Under the pieces are notes generated by a model, which did no database searches, was not told where the DNA came from, and saw only the letters and a list, made by a program, of their open reading frames with translations. A DNA stretch of 62,311 bases, filler included. It is 4 parts of 4 records of this genome, joined end to end, with 100 filler letters (N's around TTAATTAATTAA, not from the genome) between each part and the next. Parts side by side here need not be neighbours in the genome. Positions count along the whole stretch, not along the records: positions 30,378 to 48,960 come from SRR31156797_3697; positions 49,061 to 62,311 come from SRR31156797_3699; 2 more parts are not named here. One strand, written 5' to 3'. Positions 41,936 to 53,000 of the stretch are shown here, one piece after another. Every line of letters starts with the position of its first letter. Within the stretch, counting starts at the first letter, position 1. A program made the translations under genes and the position numbers.

Positions 41936-42937
41936 CTAGTTCTGACCCATAATCTTCAGGGCGTTGTCGACTTTGTCCTTTCCACCAATGGCTTCGTAGT
42001 ATTCGGGCCATAAGGCACGGGCCTTGGTCATCCACTCAGCTTCATCGGTGAGTTCGTTCAGCTCCATGCCGTGCTTGATGCAATTGTCCAAGGCGACCTG
42101 ATTCTGTTTTGCAACCCATTCCCATTCGTATTGGCAAGCCTCGGTGGCAGCTTTCTGAACGAGGGCCTGAGTGTTTTCAGGCAGACGCTGGAACCACTTT
42201 TCGGAAACGAGCAGCGGGCCGACCCACAGCATGTAATGCAGGTCTGTGATGTATTTCTGTACTTCCCAGAACTTCTGGTCCTGATTGATGGAGTGGGGGT
42301 TTTCCTGACCATCTGCGACACCCTGCTGCAGAGCGTTGAAGGTCTCGGACCAAGCCAAGGGATGCGGCTCTACGCCCCAGGAACGGAAGGAATCAAGCTG
42401 AATGCGGACTTTAGGCACACGAATTTTAAGACCCTGCAAGTCTGCCAGCTTGGTGATGCTGTGCTTGGAGTTGGTCAGCACACGATAACCACCGATAAGC
42501 CAACCCAAAGGACGGGTCTTGCTTTCTGCGGCAACCGAGTCGCCGAGTCCCTTAACGAATTCTTCATTGCTCAGGAGTGTGTAAGCATTTTCGATTTTCG
42601 GGAAGAGATAAGGAAGAATGGAAATTGTAGCGGACGGGGCAAACGGAGTTAAGTTGCCAGCCGCCAAAACTGCTACATGAATTTCAGAGCCACGAAGCTG
42701 TTTTACGTTCGCTTGTTCCGAGCCCATCGAGCCACCCAGGAAAAGATTGACCTGAACTTTGCCAGCGGATTCCTGTTCAACAATTTCCTTGAACTTTTCC
42801 AATGCAACTGCATGAAGGCTTCCGGACGGGTTGGCTGTAGCTGCCATGATCATGGTTCTCTGATAATCTTCCGCAAAAGCAGAAGTAGAGCATACCAACA
42901 AAACTGCGGCTATAAGCGGAATTAGAACTTTTTTCAT
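41936..42937 (-). CDS. dctP: TRAP transporter substrate-binding protein
   Basis: Signal peptide, DLQGLKIRVP, ALQQGVADGQENP and WEVQKY. Confidence 0.93.
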   Translation of the reverse strand: MKKVLIPLIAAVLLVCSTSAFAEDYQRTMIMAATANPSGSLHAVALEKFKEIVEQESAGKVQVNLFLGGSMGSEQANVKQLRGSEIHVAVLAAGNLTPFAPSATISILPYLFPKIENAYTLLSNEEFVKGLGDSVAAESKTRPLGWLIGGYRVLTNSKHSITKLADLQGLKIRVPKVRIQLDSFRSWGVEPHPLAWSETFNALQQGVADGQENPHSINQDQKFWEVQKYITDLHYMLWVGPLLVSEKWFQRLPENTQALVQKAATEACQYEWEWVAKQNQVALDNCIKHGMELNELTDEAEWMTKARALWPEYYEAIGGKDKVDNALKIMGQN

Positions 42938-43449
42938 TTTGCACTCCAGTTTGACGGGTTAAAAAGTATGATTTCAGTAATCGAGTTTGAGAGAATGTTA
43001 ATCATCAGTCATAGGTCCACTTTCTTTTTCAGTGGCATTATCAATTGTCATCGTTGCCCTCCACAGACAGCAAAAATTGAAGCCAATTGACTGTGATTTT
43101 CTTCCCAAGTCATTTAAAATTAGCAATGTTCAAACCTATGGCCCAATGCCTAGTGGTCAGTGTGACATCTAGTTTTTCATTTTCCATTTTGTGTTGGCAC
43201 CAAGGGCCACAATCATTTTGGAAAGAGAAAATGGTGTTTTCTCATCGGAAAAACCAGTGTGCGTTTTTTCACGATGTGCAAAGGGTGTGCCTTGTATGTG
43301 AAAATGATTACTAGGAGGCCTTGTTGTGAAAATAAGTACAATTATTTCAGTGTTTAATAATATGAAATATCAGGTCGGAAAAAAGTTTTTTGTTATTGTT
43401 GAAAATAGAATCAGTAAACTGGCAATTTTTTTTGTTTGAAGTACGAATC

Positions 43450-43477
43450 CACTACTGTGAAAAGTTTCACAGTAGTG
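43450..43477. promoter_or_regulatory. 28-bp palindrome with Rex/CRP-like core TGTGAA-N4-TTCACA
   Basis: CACTACTGTGAAA-AG-TTTCACAGTAGTG upstream of dctP. Confidence 0.55.
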
Positions 43478-43628
43478 TGGCAATCCGACAACATTGGAAA
43501 GGAGAGATGCCTAATCGTGAATGTAAACTATTTAAATAAATGTAAAAATACAAAATTGTTGCAGGTAGGAAACAGTTGCACCGACGCAACAGAGACCTGA
43601 TAATATTCTTGATCAAATTACTCAACAA

Positions 43629-43660
43629 AAAAAAGGAGGAGTCGAAACTCCTCCTTTTTT
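43629..43660 (-). terminator. Terminator after the amidohydrolase
   Basis: A-run GGAGGAGT CGAA ACTCCTCC T-run. Confidence 0.8.
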
Positions 43661-43683
43661 CATTGGAATAGAAAGCGTGTTAG

Positions 43684-44514
43684 TTAGAGTCCGAGAACCT
43701 TTTCCGCATTCTTATACATGATCTGCTCCATGATCTCTTCGGAAAGGCCAAAATCCTTGTACATGGCGATAGCATCACGGAAGTCCGCCCCGGGGTGAGC
43801 GCTGGCAAAAAGAAGCTTGTCACCGATTAAGTTGATTGCGGCTTTTACGTATGATTCTCCGCCGGGGTGTCGCTCATACTCGGATAACTCCATGTACACG
43901 TTCTCGTTGCGTTCCGTGACCATGATTGCCTCTTCAACCCAAGGATATCCGCCATGACTGATGATGATCTTCAATTGCGGGAAGTCACGAGCGACATAGT
44001 CGATGTAACGCGGAGCAGAGTGTTCCATAACGGCACCAGGAACCAATGTTCCCGGTCCTGTGGCAACAACAATGGGAATATCCAACTCGCAGCATTTGCT
44101 GTAAATTGGGTAGTACTTGGCGTCATTGACAAAAATCTTTGCCAGATACGGGTCGATGGCCGCACCGTGCATTCCTTCTTCAGTAATCTGGCGCGTCAAT
44201 TCATAAATGCCGTCCATTCCTTTGTGAGGGTCAACGCCCATGAAGCCAAGAAAGATTTCCGGGAAGTCTTTTACAAAAGAGATGACGCCTTCGTTGTTAG
44301 CAGCGGCATCGTAGGTCATGGAACAATCGCGACCAGTAATGACGGCCTTTACGACGTTTTGTTTTTTGATCATTTCGACAACTTCCGGGACTTCCTGTGC
44401 CACGAGATGAGTTAAGTCGATTTTGGCAAACATGCCTTTGAACATGGTGCTATTGGTGAAACCGTCAATGGTAGCCTGAGTGTTAGGACGAAAACGAAAA
44501 TCAATTATTTGCAC
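43684..44514 (-). CDS. Amidohydro_2-family protein with atypical metal ligands
   Basis: IIDFRFRP, YYPIYSKCCELDIPI, IIISHGGYPW, LLFASAHP and NAEKVLGL; GTG start at 44514 with AGGAGA RBS. Confidence 0.8.
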   Translation of the reverse strand: MQIIDFRFRPNTQATIDGFTNSTMFKGMFAKIDLTHLVAQEVPEVVEMIKKQNVVKAVITGRDCSMTYDAAANNEGVISFVKDFPEIFLGFMGVDPHKGMDGIYELTRQITEEGMHGAAIDPYLAKIFVNDAKYYPIYSKCCELDIPIVVATGPGTLVPGAVMEHSAPRYIDYVARDFPQLKIIISHGGYPWVEEAIMVTERNENVYMELSEYERHPGGESYVKAAINLIGDKLLFASAHPGADFRDAIAMYKDFGLSEEIMEQIMYKNAEKVLGL

Positions 44515-44561
44515 GGTGTATTCTCCTTGATAGTTGTGTGCATGAGATTGTTCCGTAAATA

Positions 44562-44576
44562 GCAAGCGCGATGCCA
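44562..44576 (-). promoter_or_regulatory. Sigma54 promoter for the amidohydrolase
   Basis: Minus strand TGGCAT-CGCGC-TTGC. Confidence 0.75.
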
Positions 44577-44913
44577 TCGCTTCTTCTCACGCCATCATGT
44601 TCAGCCACCCTTTTTACCCTTCTGTGACAATATTCACGCGCCGATTCACCTGCCCATTACATAAAAAAAAGGGGACAACTGTTTTTTTTTACCCAATTAA
44701 AATTTCTGAATTTATGTTGCCTCCCATTTTCTTTCCTATTCAGTTGCAGTTGATCACGCTGTGCAACGATGCAACGCAATAAATAACAGTCTGATATTTA
44801 TTGCTATTTAATGATTTTGTTGCATTTGAGCAACACAAGTGCTTTTTTTCCCAAGGGGGGCGGGGTGAGGAGTGGAATATGGATAAACTATTAAAATCAA
44901 CTGGTTATACGTT

Positions 44914-44928
44914 TGGCACTGTAGTTGC
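44914..44928 (+). promoter_or_regulatory. Sigma54 promoter for the glycyl radical enzyme operon
   Basis: TGGCAC-TGTAG-TTGC, exact -24/-12 consensus. Confidence 0.85.
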
Positions 44929-45022
44929 TCAAGGGGGATAGCGTTGTGAGCGCATGGATTTAACACAACATTGGCAAAAAAATATTGAGTTTAACACAAT
45001 CTCATTTACTAGGAGAACCATC

Positions 45023-47494
45023 ATGACCAACTTTGACTGCTGTCTTTCCCCACAGGAAGAACGTATCGCGAATAGCATCGACACCCGAGAGGGTCGCGAG
45101 CGCGTATACGAAATGCTTGACTCCTTCCACATGACCACTCCGTTCATTGATATCGAACGCGCCCGCTTCTTCACCGAATCCATGAAGAAGACTGAAGGTC
45201 AGCCGCTGGTTTTGCGTTGGGCCAAGGCACTGAAAAATTGTGCCGAGAAAATGTCTGTATACATCACCCCCAAGTCCCTCATCGCCGGCCGTTCCGGCAA
45301 GCTGGGTCGTTACGGCATCCTGTACCCGGAAATCGACGGTGATTTTTATTCCATCCTTAAGGATCTGGACAAGCGCGAAAAGAGCCCCTTCAAGATTACC
45401 CCTGAAGAAGTGGACATCGTTGTTACTGAAATCGCTCCTTACTGGGAAGGCAAGACCTACCATGAGCACCTGAACGGCGCCATGCCTGACGACCTGCGCG
45501 GTGTCACCTACGACGATGATCATGGCCTGAAGTCCAAGTTTGTCGTTTCCGAAACATCTTCCTATCGTTCCGCTCTCCAGTGGGTCCATGACTACGACAA
45601 GGTCCTGAAACGCGGCTTCAACGACATCAAGCGCGAAGCTCTTGAAAAAATGGCTGAACTGGATGCTGAAAGCCCTGTACAGACATGGGAAAAACGTCCT
45701 TTCTACGAAGCCATGGTCATCATCTGCGACGCTATTGTCCTCTGGGCACGTCGTCACGCAGACCTCGCTCGCGAGCAGGCAGAAGTCGAGACCGACAAAA
45801 TCCGTAAGGCCGAGCTGCTTGCAATGGCAGATCGTTGCGAACGTATGCCCGCCGAGCCCGCCAAGGACTTCCGCGACGCTATTCAGTCTCAGTGGTTCGT
45901 ACAGATGTTCTCCCGTATTGAGCAGAAGGCCTCCGCTATTATTTCCAATGGCCGTATGGACCAGTACTTGTTCCCCTTCTATGAGCAGGACATCAAGGCC
46001 GGCACTTTGACCTCTGAGCAGGCCAAGGAGCTTCTGGAAAACATGTGGGTTGAGATGGCTCAGTTCATCGACCTGTACATCAACCCCACAGGTAACGAAT
46101 TCAACGAAGGTTATGCTCACTGGGAAGCTGTCACCATCGGTGGTCAGACTCCTGAAGGCGACGACGCTACCAACGAACTGACCTACCTGTTCCTTGAGTC
46201 CAAGCGTGAGTTCCCGCTGAACTACCCTGACCTCGCAACCCGCATCCACTCCAACTCTCCTGAGCGTTTCCTCGCCGAGATTGCTGAGACCATCAAAGAT
46301 GGTTCCGGTTTCCCGAAACTTATCAACGACGAAGAAATCATTCCGCTGTACACCGCCAAGGGCGCACCTTTTGATCAGGCCATGGACTACTCCGTATCTG
46401 GTTGCACCGAAGCCCGTATGCCCAACTGCGAGACCTACACTTCCGGTTGTGTCTACATCAACTTCGCCACTGCCATGGAAATGACCATGCACAACGGTCG
46501 TATGCTTAAGTACGGCGATGAAGTTGTCGGTCTGGAAACAGGTGACGCCGGTGAGTTCAAGAGCTGGGACGAATTCTACGAAGCTTACCTGAAGCAGCAC
46601 AACAACTTGCTGGTTAAGGCCTTCCGTCAGCAGTACATTGTTGACAGCCTGCGTCCCGAACACTTTGCTTCTCCTCTTGCTTCCGTTCTGCATGACCTGT
46701 GCATGAAGGAAGGCATGGACTTGCAAAGCCAGACCATTCCGGGCGGCCTCGAGTACTCCTACTTCGAGTTCCTCGGTTACGGCACCGTGGTTGATTCCCT
46801 TTCCGCTATCAAGAAGCTGGTTTTCGAAGACAAGAAGCTGACCATGCAGGAAGTCGTGGACGCCCTGAAGGTGAACTTTGAAGGACACGAGGAAACTCGC
46901 GAGATCCTGCGTTCCGCTCCTTGCTACGGAAACAATGACTCCTACGCCGACGCAATTGCCAAGGAAATTGACAGCGTTTGCCAGGAATACGCTCACAAGT
47001 ACTCCGAAGAACGCGGCGTGAACCTCGACGTTCGCTACGTGCCCATTACCTCTCACGTACCTTTTGGTAAGGTTGTTTCCGCAACCCCGAATGGTCGTGA
47101 AGCTTGGACCGCTCTGTCCGATGGTGCTTCCGCATCCCATGGCGCAGACCAGAAAGGCCCGACCGCAGTTCTGATGTCCAACTACCACTCCAAAAACCGT
47201 GGTATGAAGAACCGTGCTTCCCGTCTGTTGAACGTCAAGCTTTCTCCGAAGGTTGTCGAAGGCGAAGCCGGTACCCAGAAGATCGTCGATCTGATTCGTA
47301 CTTGGTGCGACCTGCATCTCTGGCATCTCCAGTTCAACATCATCAACAAGAAAACCCTGCTCGAAGCTCAGGCCAATCCTGACAAGTACCGCAGCCTGCT
47401 CGTTCGTATCGCCGGTTATTCCGCATACTTCTGCGACCTTTCCCGCGACTTGCAGAACGACATCATCAACCGTACTGAACACGTACAGATGTAA
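45023..47494 (+). CDS. hpsG: Glycyl radical C-S lyase, HpsG type (DHPS sulfite-lyase)
   Basis: RIAGYSAYF glycyl loop and SGCTE cysteine loop; [31 protein letters not shown] and VPITSHVP match HpsG as I recall it rather than IslA; ATG 45023 with AGGAG RBS. Confidence 0.8.
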   Translation: MTNFDCCLSPQEERIANSIDTREGRERVYEMLDSFHMTTPFIDIERARFFTESMKKTEGQPLVLRWAKALKNCAEKMSVYITPKSLIAGRSGKLGRYGILYPEIDGDFYSILKDLDKREKSPFKITPEEVDIVVTEIAPYWEGKTYHEHLNGAMPDDLRGVTYDDDHGLKSKFVVSETSSYRSALQWVHDYDKVLKRGFNDIKREALEKMAELDAESPVQTWEKRPFYEAMVIICDAIVLWARRHADLAREQAEVETDKIRKAELLAMADRCERMPAEPAKDFRDAIQSQWFVQMFSRIEQKASAIISNGRMDQYLFPFYEQDIKAGTLTSEQAKELLENMWVEMAQFIDLYINPTGNEFNEGYAHWEAVTIGGQTPEGDDATNELTYLFLESKREFPLNYPDLATRIHSNSPERFLAEIAETIKDGSGFPKLINDEEIIPLYTAKGAPFDQAMDYSVSGCTEARMPNCETYTSGCVYINFATAMEMTMHNGRMLKYGDEVVGLETGDAGEFKSWDEFYEAYLKQHNNLLVKAFRQQYIVDSLRPEHFASPLASVLHDLCMKEGMDLQSQTIPGGLEYSYFEFLGYGTVVDSLSAIKKLVFEDKKLTMQEVVDALKVNFEGHEETREILRSAPCYGNNDSYADAIAKEIDSVCQEYAHKYSEERGVNLDVRYVPITSHVPFGKVVSATPNGREAWTALSDGASASHGADQKGPTAVLMSNYHSKNRGMKNRASRLLNVKLSPKVVEGEAGTQKIVDLIRTWCDLHLWHLQFNIINKKTLLEAQANPDKYRSLLVRIAGYSAYFCDLSRDLQNDIINRTEHVQM

Positions 47495-47510
47495 TTGATA
47501 CAGTGATATC

Positions 47511-47539
47511 GCGGGGGGCAGGTTCTACCTGTCCCCCGC
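47511..47539 (+). terminator. Intra-operon hairpin between lyase and activase
   Basis: GCGGGGGGCAGG-TTCTA-CCTGTCCCCCGC followed by ATTTT. Confidence 0.55.
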
Positions 47540-47624
47540 ATTTTATAAATCTTCGGGGCAGCCACTACACATTGCACGCTTTTTCCCGGCCTTAATGAAT
47601 TATCTACTCAAGAAGGAAATAGTC

Positions 47625-48548
47625 ATGAGTAACCCGAATGAAGGCATTGTCTTCAATATACAAAATTTTTCCGTGCATGATGGAGCAGGTATTCGAACCA
47701 TTGTGTTCATGAAAGGGTGTCCACTTCGTTGCGCTTGGTGTAGCAATCCTGAGTCTCAGTTCATGAAACCTCAAATGGGATATAATCCGGGTAAGTGTCT
47801 GACTACTGATAAATGTACACGCTGCATACGAATGTGCCCGGAGAACGCGATTTCTTCCACCGAAGACAAGCTGATATCCATTGACCCTAACAAATGTGTT
47901 CAGTGTCATACCTGTGCGGACAATTGTGCTTCCGACGCCCTCTGTGTCTACGGCAAGACAATGACTGTTCGCGAAGTCATAGATGAGGTGGAAAAAGAAG
48001 CGGCCTTTTATGCCCGGTCAGGCGGGGGCATGACCTTGAGCGGTGGAGAAGCATTGTCTCAGCCTCACTTTGCTTTGGCATTACTCAAGGAAGCTAAAAA
48101 ACGTCGTATTAAGACCGCTATGGAAACGTGTGGTTACGCGTCCTATGAAGACCTCAAATCTGTCTGTGAATTTCTTGATGAGTTGATTATTGATATTAAA
48201 GCTCACGACGACGAGAAACACAAAAAGGGTACTGGTGTCAGTAATCGACGTATTCTCGATAATATCAAGCGCTTGGTGGACGATTTTCCGAACCTGCCCA
48301 TCCTGATGCGTACGCCGATTATTCCAGAATTCAACGATACAGTTGAAGAAATTCAGAGTATTATTGACTTCATTCCGGTGCGCCCAAATATTACATACGA
48401 GTTGCTTCCCTATCATCGTATGGGACAACCCAAATACGCCTACCTCGGCATGGAATTCCCCTACGAAGGTATGGCTCTCGACACAGAGATTATGGGTAAA
48501 CTTCGCCCGATTGAAAAAGAGGCGAACGATAGATTTCGAAACGCATAA
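47625..48548 (+). CDS. hpsH: Glycyl-radical activating enzyme (radical SAM with 2x[4Fe-4S] insert)
   Basis: HDGAGIRTIVFMKGCPLRCAWCSNPES, ferredoxin-like Cys clusters, GGMTLSGGE and LLPYH. Confidence 0.85.
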   Translation: MSNPNEGIVFNIQNFSVHDGAGIRTIVFMKGCPLRCAWCSNPESQFMKPQMGYNPGKCLTTDKCTRCIRMCPENAISSTEDKLISIDPNKCVQCHTCADNCASDALCVYGKTMTVREVIDEVEKEAAFYARSGGGMTLSGGEALSQPHFALALLKEAKKRRIKTAMETCGYASYEDLKSVCEFLDELIIDIKAHDDEKHKKGTGVSNRRILDNIKRLVDDFPNLPILMRTPIIPEFNDTVEEIQSIIDFIPVRPNITYELLPYHRMGQPKYAYLGMEFPYEGMALDTEIMGKLRPIEKEANDRFRNA

Positions 48549-48589
48549 CAGGACCCTGTTGCAGGGTCCATGCCTCCTCCCCTGAATAA

Positions 48590-48625
48590 GACGCGCCCCC
48601 GATCTCTTGAGATCGGGGGCGCGTC
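48590..48625. terminator. Bidirectional hairpin
   Basis: GACGCGCCCCCGATCTC-TT-GAGATCGGGGGCGCGTC between convergent genes. Confidence 0.75.
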
Positions 48626-48653
48626 GCATTTATAAATGAATGGGCTGAAATTT

Positions 48654-48959
48654 TTATTGGGCTTTGTATTTTTTCAATTTACGAAATACAGTGGTACGAT
48701 CAAGGCTCAACTCCTTGGCAAGCTTAGCCATGTTCCCCACACGTTCCATACCATTCAGGATGATGGTTTTTTCCACTTCTTCAAGAATTTTCTTCATGGA
48801 TTTTCCGGTAATCTCCATACCACCCAACCCCTCTCCAGTAGAGACTCGTATCTCAGCCGTCGGAGTAAACGGCAGGTCAGCGACTTCGACAACATTTTTC
48901 TTGGATGTAACAACACAACCAAGGATAAGATTCTCCAACTCCCGGACATTACCTGGCCA
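48654..48959 (-). CDS. Sigma54-dependent enhancer-binding protein (C-terminal part only)
   Basis: WPGNVRELEN and Fis-type HTH AKELSLDRTTVFRKL. Confidence 0.9.
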   Translation of the reverse strand, partial: WPGNVRELENLILGCVVTSKKNVVEVADLPFTPTAEIRVSTGEGLGGMEITGKSMKKILEEVEKTIILNGMERVGNMAKLAKELSLDRTTVFRKLKKYKAQ

Positions 48960-48960
48960 T

Positions 48961-49060
48961 NNNNNNNNNNNNNNNNNNNNNNNNNNNNNNNNNNNNNNNN
49001 NNNNTTAATTAATTAANNNNNNNNNNNNNNNNNNNNNNNNNNNNNNNNNNNNNNNNNNNN
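48961..49060. other. Artificial contig linker
   Basis: Same N/TTAATTAATTAA spacer. Confidence 0.99.
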
Positions 49061-49063
49061 ACT

Positions 49064-49090
49064 GTGGTCCAGTTTCTTAGACCCACTTCT
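49064..49090. mobile_element. Probable IS terminal repeat (IS3-like) at contig start
   Basis: GTGGTCCAGTTTCTTAGACCCACTTCT; 20/27 identical to 49801-49827; supplies the stop of the neighbouring ORF. Confidence 0.45.
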
Positions 49091-49712
49091 CTTCATCAGT
49101 CGCAACAAAAACATTTCCACGCCCAAGATCTTCTGGGATATCTACTAGTTTCGTAATTTTAAATGTGTCGTCCAAGTAAACACTATAAACAAACTCATCG
49201 GGAGAAATGACCTTTTCCCCTTCATGTGTGTTCAAAACTATTCTTGCCCGACTAGAAAGATAGTGCTCATCAAAAGGGTAATCTTCGAACAATCCAAACC
49301 CATGATAATCAACAGACTCTGATTCATAATAAGTAACTTCCTCAAACTTATTAATGGCATTTAAATCGAGATGATCGAACAACGCCAATCCAGCAAGCCT
49401 GTCATTTAGGTCAATATAGGCCGACTCATACTCAAATCTATTGCTGATCCATACAGAAACTTTGACCTTGAAATAACCATTTTCAACACCATCAACAGTG
49501 ACCCATATTGCATTTTCTTTTATATCACTCCTGAACCCAGCGTGAGCAATATTGTCTTTGCTATAAAATTCTTGACTGGTATATATATCGACTCCCACTG
49601 CAAACACCCCTACCAATACTGTCAAAAATAAAATTGAAAGCAGCAACATAAATTTTCGCATATATTTTCCTACTAAAAAAAATTTACTTCCGATTAATTT
49701 CTTAATTATCAA
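49077..49712 (-). CDS. Membrane-anchored hypothetical protein with YPFD motif, probably 3'-truncated
   Basis: N-terminal hydrophobic helix and DYPFDEH (DUF4436-like); stop lies inside the IS-end-like sequence. Confidence 0.5.
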   Translation of the reverse strand: MIIKKLIGSKFFLVGKYMRKFMLLLSILFLTVLVGVFAVGVDIYTSQEFYSKDNIAHAGFRSDIKENAIWVTVDGVENGYFKVKVSVWISNRFEYESAYIDLNDRLAGLALFDHLDLNAINKFEEVTYYESESVDYHGFGLFEDYPFDEHYLSSRARIVLNTHEGEKVISPDEFVYSVYLDDTFKITKLVDIPEDLGRGNVFVATDEEKWV

Positions 49713-50006
49713 CGGATTACTAATCGCTCAACAAAAGATGTGAATATTAAAAAATCAAAGGTCGCCTCGTTTTTTCAGACCACCGAGCGGCTAATTTCAG
49801 GTGGTCCAATTTTCTTGGGCCACCTCTTAATGACAAATGGTCATAAGCCCTTTACTTAAAAACTTCTCAAATCAATTCAAGCTATATTCCACACGAAACA
49901 CCTTAACTATATTTGCTTGCGCTTTTCTACTAGTCAAATGCGCCTTACAAACATACAATCCAATACGCACACGGTAAAATTTTAATTCAAAAAAACAGGG
50001 TTTAAT

Positions 50007-53000
50007 ATGCAACTTATCAACTTCAAACAGCTGCGCGATAACCTGACAGATGAGACTCTAGCTGAGTTGCTTCATGACTTAATCCGGGGGACCGTTTCTT
50101 TCGATCAATTCTCTCAATTCGAATTCCCAACTAGCAACCTTTCTGGCGCACATGGATTTGATGCAAAACTTCAGTTGCCAATTGACTTTAATCATCCATT
50201 CCTTCCAAACGGATATTCATGTTGGGAATTAGGGGTAACAACTGGGGTAACAACCAAAGCAAATAGCGATTATAACAAACGCAAACAACACCCAAACGCA
50301 AAAGAAACTTCTTTTGTTTTTGTTACTCCTCAGGAATTTAACAAACGTAAAGAATGGGAAGAGTCAAAAAGGGAAGAGCAAATCTGGCTAAAAGTAAAAG
50401 TACTCAATGGGCATTCCTTAGTCGACTGGTTACAAGAGCTCCCTGCTGTTCAAGCTAAATGGGCAGCAAAATGGAACCTAATAAATTCAGAGGATTCGGT
50501 CTTTTCTATAGAAAACTTCTGGAACAATTGGAACTTAGCCTGCGATGAAAGATTACCAATCAAACTCGTAAAGGCCCTTGGTCAATCCGAAAGACAAACT
50601 GACGAAGATCAGGCGACTCTTGTGGAGAAATGGCTCATATCCAATAACTCTTCCGTTCTTAGAATCGCTGCTGGATCAGTTGACGAATCTCGCCTTTACC
50701 TCGCCGCAGTACTCCTCGACATAAATCACAGCCTTCAAGCTTCTCTACTATCAAAAATAATATGCACAGAGGACAAAACCACTTTTTATAAGTTAGCAGA
50801 ACATGACAAACCGCTCATTATTGTCACCTCACTTCAAGATGCAGGCATCCGCAACCTAGCCCAAAAGAACAATCATCGCGTATGCTTAGTGCTACGCAGT
50901 TCCAACGCTTCAAGAGAAATCAACATAGAATTGCCACTAAGAATAAATCAACATCTTTTTTTTCAAGCTCTCGACAAAGAAGGATTTACCTCTGAAGAAA
51001 GGGCCGAATGGGAGAACAAGAGCGGTAGAAGCCTTTCAGCCCTACGAAATGCTCTCGGACAAGAGCCCCCCTTGTGGACATCCGATCTCCAACAACTCCC
51101 ACTGCTTTCAGCCCTACTTGTAGGAGGATGGGACTCCAATAAAGAAGAAGATCGACTTGCTTTAAAAGAACTCTCCACCGAAAAGAGCTACAACTCCTTC
51201 GAAGAAAAATTAATTCCTATACTAAACATCCCTCAATCCCCTCTTCAGTGCGAATCGCCATATTGGCGTTCAATTTCTCCATATGTAGCTTGGATTAAAG
51301 TTTCGGAATACTTATCCGAACCACTGCTCAACAGATTCAAACAGATTTGCATCAGCATACTAGGAGCTCAGGATGCAATATCAATGCTGTCTCCCGAAGA
51401 ACGTTCAATGGCAGATTTTAAGGGAGTCACCAATCCTTATTCAAAACTAATTCGGCGTTCCTTGGCCGAATCACTAATCTTACTTTCACAAACTCTTGAA
51501 CAGCCTATAAAAACAATTCCTAACCGGTATGGGCGAAGTTTCGTACCAAATCTTATCGAAGAAATCTTAAGTGCACATTCTTTTAATTGGAAATCCGTAT
51601 CGCAAAACTTACCTGAATTGATCGAAGCTGCACCCAATACTGTTCTTGATGCACTTGAAAGAGACATTGATAATCATTGGAATAAGATTTCTTACTTAGC
51701 AACGACTAACACAAATTCCTTTTTCACAGGCGGTTCACTTCATACTCATATACTATGGGCTTTAGAGCTTGTCGCATGGAACGATGAACACATGGCTAAA
51801 GCTTCAAGAATCTTACTAAAGCTTGAAGAATGCTGGAAAGATTTAGCTGACAATGCAGGGAATAGACCCGCTAACAGCTTTGCTGATATTTTCTCTTATT
51901 GGTTGCCCCAGACTAATTCCTCCCTTAAATTACGAATAAAAACACTTACCCAGCTATCAAGACAATTTCCAGATACCATTTGGCCAATCCTGTTAAAGCT
52001 CCTCCCAACTGGTTATGCAACAATGACACATGGTGCGCGCCCTAAATGGCGCTGGGAAGTTCTCGATACACTGCAAACCCAAAACGAAATCTATGAATTC
52101 TGCCATACAGTCTTTTACCTTGCCTTAGATTTAGCAAAGGAATCTGAAAAACCACGATTGGGGTTACTGAGAGCACTTTCTTCACACATTCCTGCCGAGT
52201 GGCGAAATGACCTGTATTCACTATTAGCTAAGTATAGTCCAAAATCAGCTAATCGTTTTCAAATTTGGAACGAACTAAGAGCAACAATTCATCATAACCG
52301 CTCATTCGCTGATGCGGAATGGGCTTTACCTGAAAACGAGATACTTGAGCTTCTTAAAATTTATAAAGACATCAGTCCCAAAAATATAATTAAACAAAAC
52401 TCATGGGTATTTGCTAATACACCGAAATTTTTCGAAGGAGATCTTGTTGGCAAACGCGGATATGAAAAACAACAAGCGTTAGGACAAAAACTTCAGCAAA
52501 AAGCACTTGCTGAAATTTATAACAAAAACCAAGAAGAAAGCTTAATTAACCTATTAAAAGCTTGTCCAGACTCATACAACGCAGGAGATGAAGATTCTTA
52601 TCCCGCCCCTTACACAACTGGCATACAAATTGGCATTTTTTTGACAACAAAAAAAGGGACTGATTGTTTATTTGAATTTATATCTAGAGCACTTGAAAAG
52701 CATATCACAAAGCCTGCATGTTCCAGTTTAATGTCATCACTCATCAAAGAAATGAGAGAAGACAGCCTTTTGTCTGGTTATAAAAAGGCAAAAAATTCCG
52801 GGAAGAATTTTTTCCTCCTGTACTTGTTGGCACTCCCCTTATCGAAAGACTTGCTATCAAAACTCAGCAAAGAATCTGCAGATATTCAAAATCAATATTG
52901 GGAATTATTCTCCGCCTACAGCGTTGAGCCTGATTTGACTCAAGAAGTAGTTAACAAACTAATTAATTCATCTCGACTTGTTGATGCAGCTTCAATTGCA

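Noticed and set aside
43070-43085. Sigma54 promoter for dctP (TGGC..TTGC on the minus strand)
   Set aside because: GG to GC spacing is 11 rather than 10; a weaker correctly spaced site at 43123-43136 was too degenerate to call
45002-47482. 826-aa antisense ORF
   Set aside because: Shadow of the highly codon-biased glycyl radical gene on the opposite strand; no motifs of its own
45023-47494. Pyruvate formate-lyase or IslA assignment
   Set aside because: Single-Cys SGCTE loop, and residues match HpsG as recalled (SALQW, ASAIIS, VPITSH) rather than IslA (SSIQW, TGTTIS, VPFTSH); needs alignment to confirm
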